Below, piece by piece: positions 60,259-64,000 of a DNA stretch of 64,000 bases. This stretch comes from Phallusia mammillata. Taxonomy: Eukaryota. The stretch's first letter is position 1, and every line of letters begins with the position of its first letter. Position numbers and translations under genes: made by a program. Below the pieces are notes generated by a model, which saw only the letters and a list, made by a program, of their open reading frames with translations, made no database searches and had not been told where the DNA came from. Location: the NCBI GenBank assembly GCA_965637545.1, contig OZ281499.1, forward strand, positions 9,424,001 to 9,488,000. The letters run 5' to 3'.

Positions 60259-61528
60259 CTTATCTCAGCCTGGGACTTCAGTCGAAAGACATGTTTAGTC
60301 TCACTGCAGCCGCAAGTGGATGTTGGTCACGCATCAATAAATCTAAGGGTGGCACAACGTTTTTCACTCTTGCTACACATTCTTGTATTGAATAACGTTA
60401 ATAAAAATGTACACAATTATAAATTATTAGAATTTGGTAAGTTTATTGTTTTCACAAAAATATCGGCCAAGTATCAAAAGCATTTTACTATTTTTTTTAA
60501 ATTACATTTTGTCAAAAAAGTATCCAAATAAACTATTTGGGGAGCGTTATCAGTGACTTGCGCTTCTTCTTGCAGAAACAAGGTTGAAAATATTCTTTGC
60601 TGTTACGGTATATTCGGGGATTCACCGAATGACGTACCCACTCATTGATACTTGACACTCGTTGGAATTGTGTACATTTTCGACCAATCGGTGCGCGTCT
60701 TGGAGGTCACGTGCTGGTTGCCCGGAAATTTTAAACGCGCTGTTCAAATTTAAATGGCCATCGAACTGAAACGTTCGCCCGTGAGCAAGAGCCTTTGAAA
60801 ATTCGAGGACCACAAAAACATACAAAACGTCAAGGCTGCGAACATGATACAAGCTTGTGACAGATTAGAACACGGGCACAAGCACTACAATGCTTTGTTT
60901 TAGTGAAGAAGCAATGTATCATTTAAAAACTCTTCAAAATTCGTTTAATGTTTTGTTGCATGAGTTTAACTCTTTTACTGGCATGTTTGTGCTGATGCAG
61001 AAGGTCAGCACTAATATCTATTTTTAAGAAAAAAGGGAGACATGCAGTCAGTTGTTTGAATACAATAGTTTGCCATGTAAATAATGATTTTTAACTTCAT
61101 GAGTTTGTCAGATATAGTTTTTCTGTAGATTAAAAAATCCTAACTTCGCAAATTACATCATTCCTAGTTTACAGAGGTGTGACAGAACATTTTGTTATCA
61201 CCTTGTGTGCTTCAAGTTATGCAATAGAATGAACTTATGCTTTTCTGCAGTTTCAGTAAACAGATTTTTTCTAAACTGCAGCAATCTTCCACATATATTT
61301 GTGGGTCACAGGACAAGTGTATCAGATACCTGAAATAGAACTTAAAACTTCAATACATCTAGCTTCACTTGTTTGCATAAATGCACAATACATTATGTTT
61401 TTTTTTTACTCTGCAGACGAAAAAAACACAAAATGTATAAAATCAAATTAACATGAGATTACAAATTTTCTGGGCACATAACAACAATAATAAGCTGCTG
61501 CTTCCTGAAAATTATTGAGAATTTTATA

Positions 61529-63900
61529 ATGATGGATTTTGATGAGCCGGACCTGGAAGAACTCATTCAACATGATTTGCATTCTGAGATGAACAAGATT
61601 TTGGATGAATCCAACACCGATTCACACTCGTCACAGAAGATAGTTACGTCAGTTAATGCAGTGCTGCCTGATAGTCCTCAGATACACGATCAAGGTATTT
61701 TGTTACTTTTGTGTTTTTTGTTGTTAATATTCAGTTGAAAACATATTTATTGTGGACAGCTCTCCCTTCAGTGTTCTGGGGATTAAAACTGTCATTTTTC
61801 ATGGTTTTGTTCTAACATTATGCCAAATATCAACAAAAAATGTAAAAAACAGAAAAAAAAGATTTTTTTTCTGGGAGAATAGTAAAACAAATGTAACCTT
61901 GTTTCCAAAAAAAAAAAAATTATGTTTGATACTACATAACATTTTGCTTTCTTTTGTTTTTTTTAATGTAACAAACAAGTATATAACTTTGTCAACAATT
62001 CATGCAGCATCACCAGTGTCAAATAAAAAGGATCTTGGCACTCATGGAAATGTTGCCAATGATTCACAAACGACAGAAAATAATGGAATTTCACAAATTC
62101 AAGTGACAAATGTCCATTCATGTAATGTAGAAGCCAATGAAGTATTTCCATATAACAGTCCAATAGCTGGTGCTGCTGTGAAAAATGAAATACTACCACC
62201 AGATTTTAGGTACAAAAAGTTGCATGTTTCTCAGCAAACTACAGTAACATGATTATTAAATGTTTACTTGTATGGTATTGTTTGTAGCATATTAAAGCTG
62301 TTTCTTTATCCTTAATGTAACTAGGCAATTTGTGGTTAATTAAATGATATATAGTTCAATTCACCCAAAAGTGAAATTGTTAATACTGATAGTTTGAATT
62401 TAAACTGCAGTTCAACAATATTGTATAAAACATTTGGTATCAATGTACTGTGTGTCTTTGTTGGCAACTTGACAGCTGGACAGACATTGTGTAACATTTT
62501 TACAGTGGACATTTTTCTGTGGAGCGATTTCCTACCACTTCTGTAGAAGAACACATTGCTATGGAATGTTTAGTTCAAAAATCAGAACAGAGCGACCTGT
62601 CCAACCTTGCCTGGTTGACAACTGTTGATGTTCAGGTGGCTACTATTGTTCTAAATATCACAAAAAGAAGCTGTTTTCCAACATAACAAAACTTGAAACC
62701 TTTTTTTTACATTGTGCTTACCACTATTTTGTATGAAACAATTTGGTTTGTTGGAATACAAGTGTTTGGGTTTTTACTTTTTTCACACAAATAATTGAAT
62801 ACAAATCTTACAAACCACTTTATTGCTAAATATTTTTGCTTTGAATAAAAACACCAATGCCAAATTAGGTATATATACAGTAAACCTTTGTTAATCTTGA
62901 CCTGTTTGGTCCAAAAAACTTGTCCAGATGAGGTGAAGATTTGGTTTAAAAGATGTCAATGAGTTCAGGTCTTGCCACATAACAAATCATTTGTACCTCG
63001 AGCTTTATTTGAATTAGGCAAAGTTATGGATTAATCTAATATGGTTTAACTAAGGTTTACTATATTTTTTGAAAAGTCGTTTATGACATTTTTGTTTCAC
63101 AACTAAACAGGGTCTCTTTAAATCATACTTTGTTTTTGTTACAGCAAGCTTTACAAAGAGATGGAGAATTAAACATGGATGGTGGAATGGCAGTTTCAAC
63201 AAGCCAGCAACTGACTGCAAACCATGGCAAGTTGTGCACCAATACATCTTGTAGTATTAGTTATACAGAAACATTGGCACTTTGGCAGCTTGGTTTGCCT
63301 TTGTTTTGTCAGTGTTTCACAAGTATATATTTTGACATGAAGAGAAAAACATTGACATAGATGAGCCATGACCCCACATATATTTTAAGATACACATTTT
63401 TTGGCCCCTTGGATCGGTATTTTAAAACAGCTGATGAACAGACACAATATTTTTTCCCATGTCTCCAAAATATTGTTGGTCTCTTCCAAAATTGTGATCC
63501 TGCTACGTCACTGGGCCATATTTTTAACCAGTTTGTTAGAAGATGTATATGTCATGTCTTGGTTTAAAAAATGAATAGATCACTAAACACTTTCTTACCT
63601 TTTGTAGTATATTAGATTTTTTGCAGTACATTAGAGCTACAAAATGACAATCAAAAGTTGATTTTTAGAATCACAAATACAGTATGACATAATTTAAAAA
63701 TGCCAAAATTTAAAATTACCACATCATTGGTTTAGGTGAAATGGTATTTCCTTCCACCACATCAGTGATGCCTCCCTCTGGGTTTTCTCCACAAGCAGTT
63801 GGAAAATCCCCTTCTACCACTGGTGGTCTAGAAAACATGCAAACAACATACAGACTGCAAACTAGATTTACTCCTATTCAACCTCATCCAAATCAAGATC
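61529..63900 (+). CDS. 5' part of an unidentified multi-exon gene, possibly a FoxM/J/N-class forkhead factor; continues beyond the window
   Basis: Phase-consistent exons 61529-61694, 62008-62209, 62506-62635, 63145-63226 (GC donor) and 63736-63900. Low-complexity protein with SDLSNLAWL resembling the L(S/T)N(I/L)xWL motif upstream of the forkhead domain in FOXM/J/N. No forkhead domain lies in the window. Confidence 0.6.
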
Positions 63901-64000
63901 GTAAGTTACAAGAAACGTTTTTGAATTTGTATGAAATGAACATTCAATGCAAAAATAATTATATATCTTGAAAATGGATTAAATGATATGTGGGTTTAAC

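Overview
AT-rich, intron-bearing animal genomic DNA. An invertebrate chordate such as an ascidian is inferred from compact introns at vertebrate-like positions but is not proven. All gene models were assembled by hand from GT/GC-AG sites and reading-frame continuity. Left to right: SNX3/12 (-, 3' end outside the window) head-to-head with an intronless-CDS LTN1 (+); RPS4 (-) carrying three intronic U18/SNORD18-type box C/D snoRNAs; FIS1 (+) followed closely by SYAP1 (+); a full-length but crippled BEL/Pao LTR retrotransposon (22487-29890); two intact tandem 14-exon lipoxygenases (-); RPL39 (-); and the 5' part of an unidentified, possibly forkhead-type gene (+). Many hAT-type MITEs with 8-bp TSDs and tRNA-derived SINE-like pieces are interspersed. 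Highlights: (1) the LOX paralogues carry opposite Coffa-site residues (Gly, R-type, versus Ala, S-type) and both begin with an MGxxxSK myristoylation motif; (2) U18 occurs in three copies in RPS4, a host not used in vertebrates; (3) a hAT-type element with a perfect TSD encloses a retrotransposon LTR, a tRNA-Pro PBS and a gag fragment; (4) FIS1 and SYAP1 may share one transcription unit; (5) the BEL element sits 10 nt after the LOX-A poly(A) signal.
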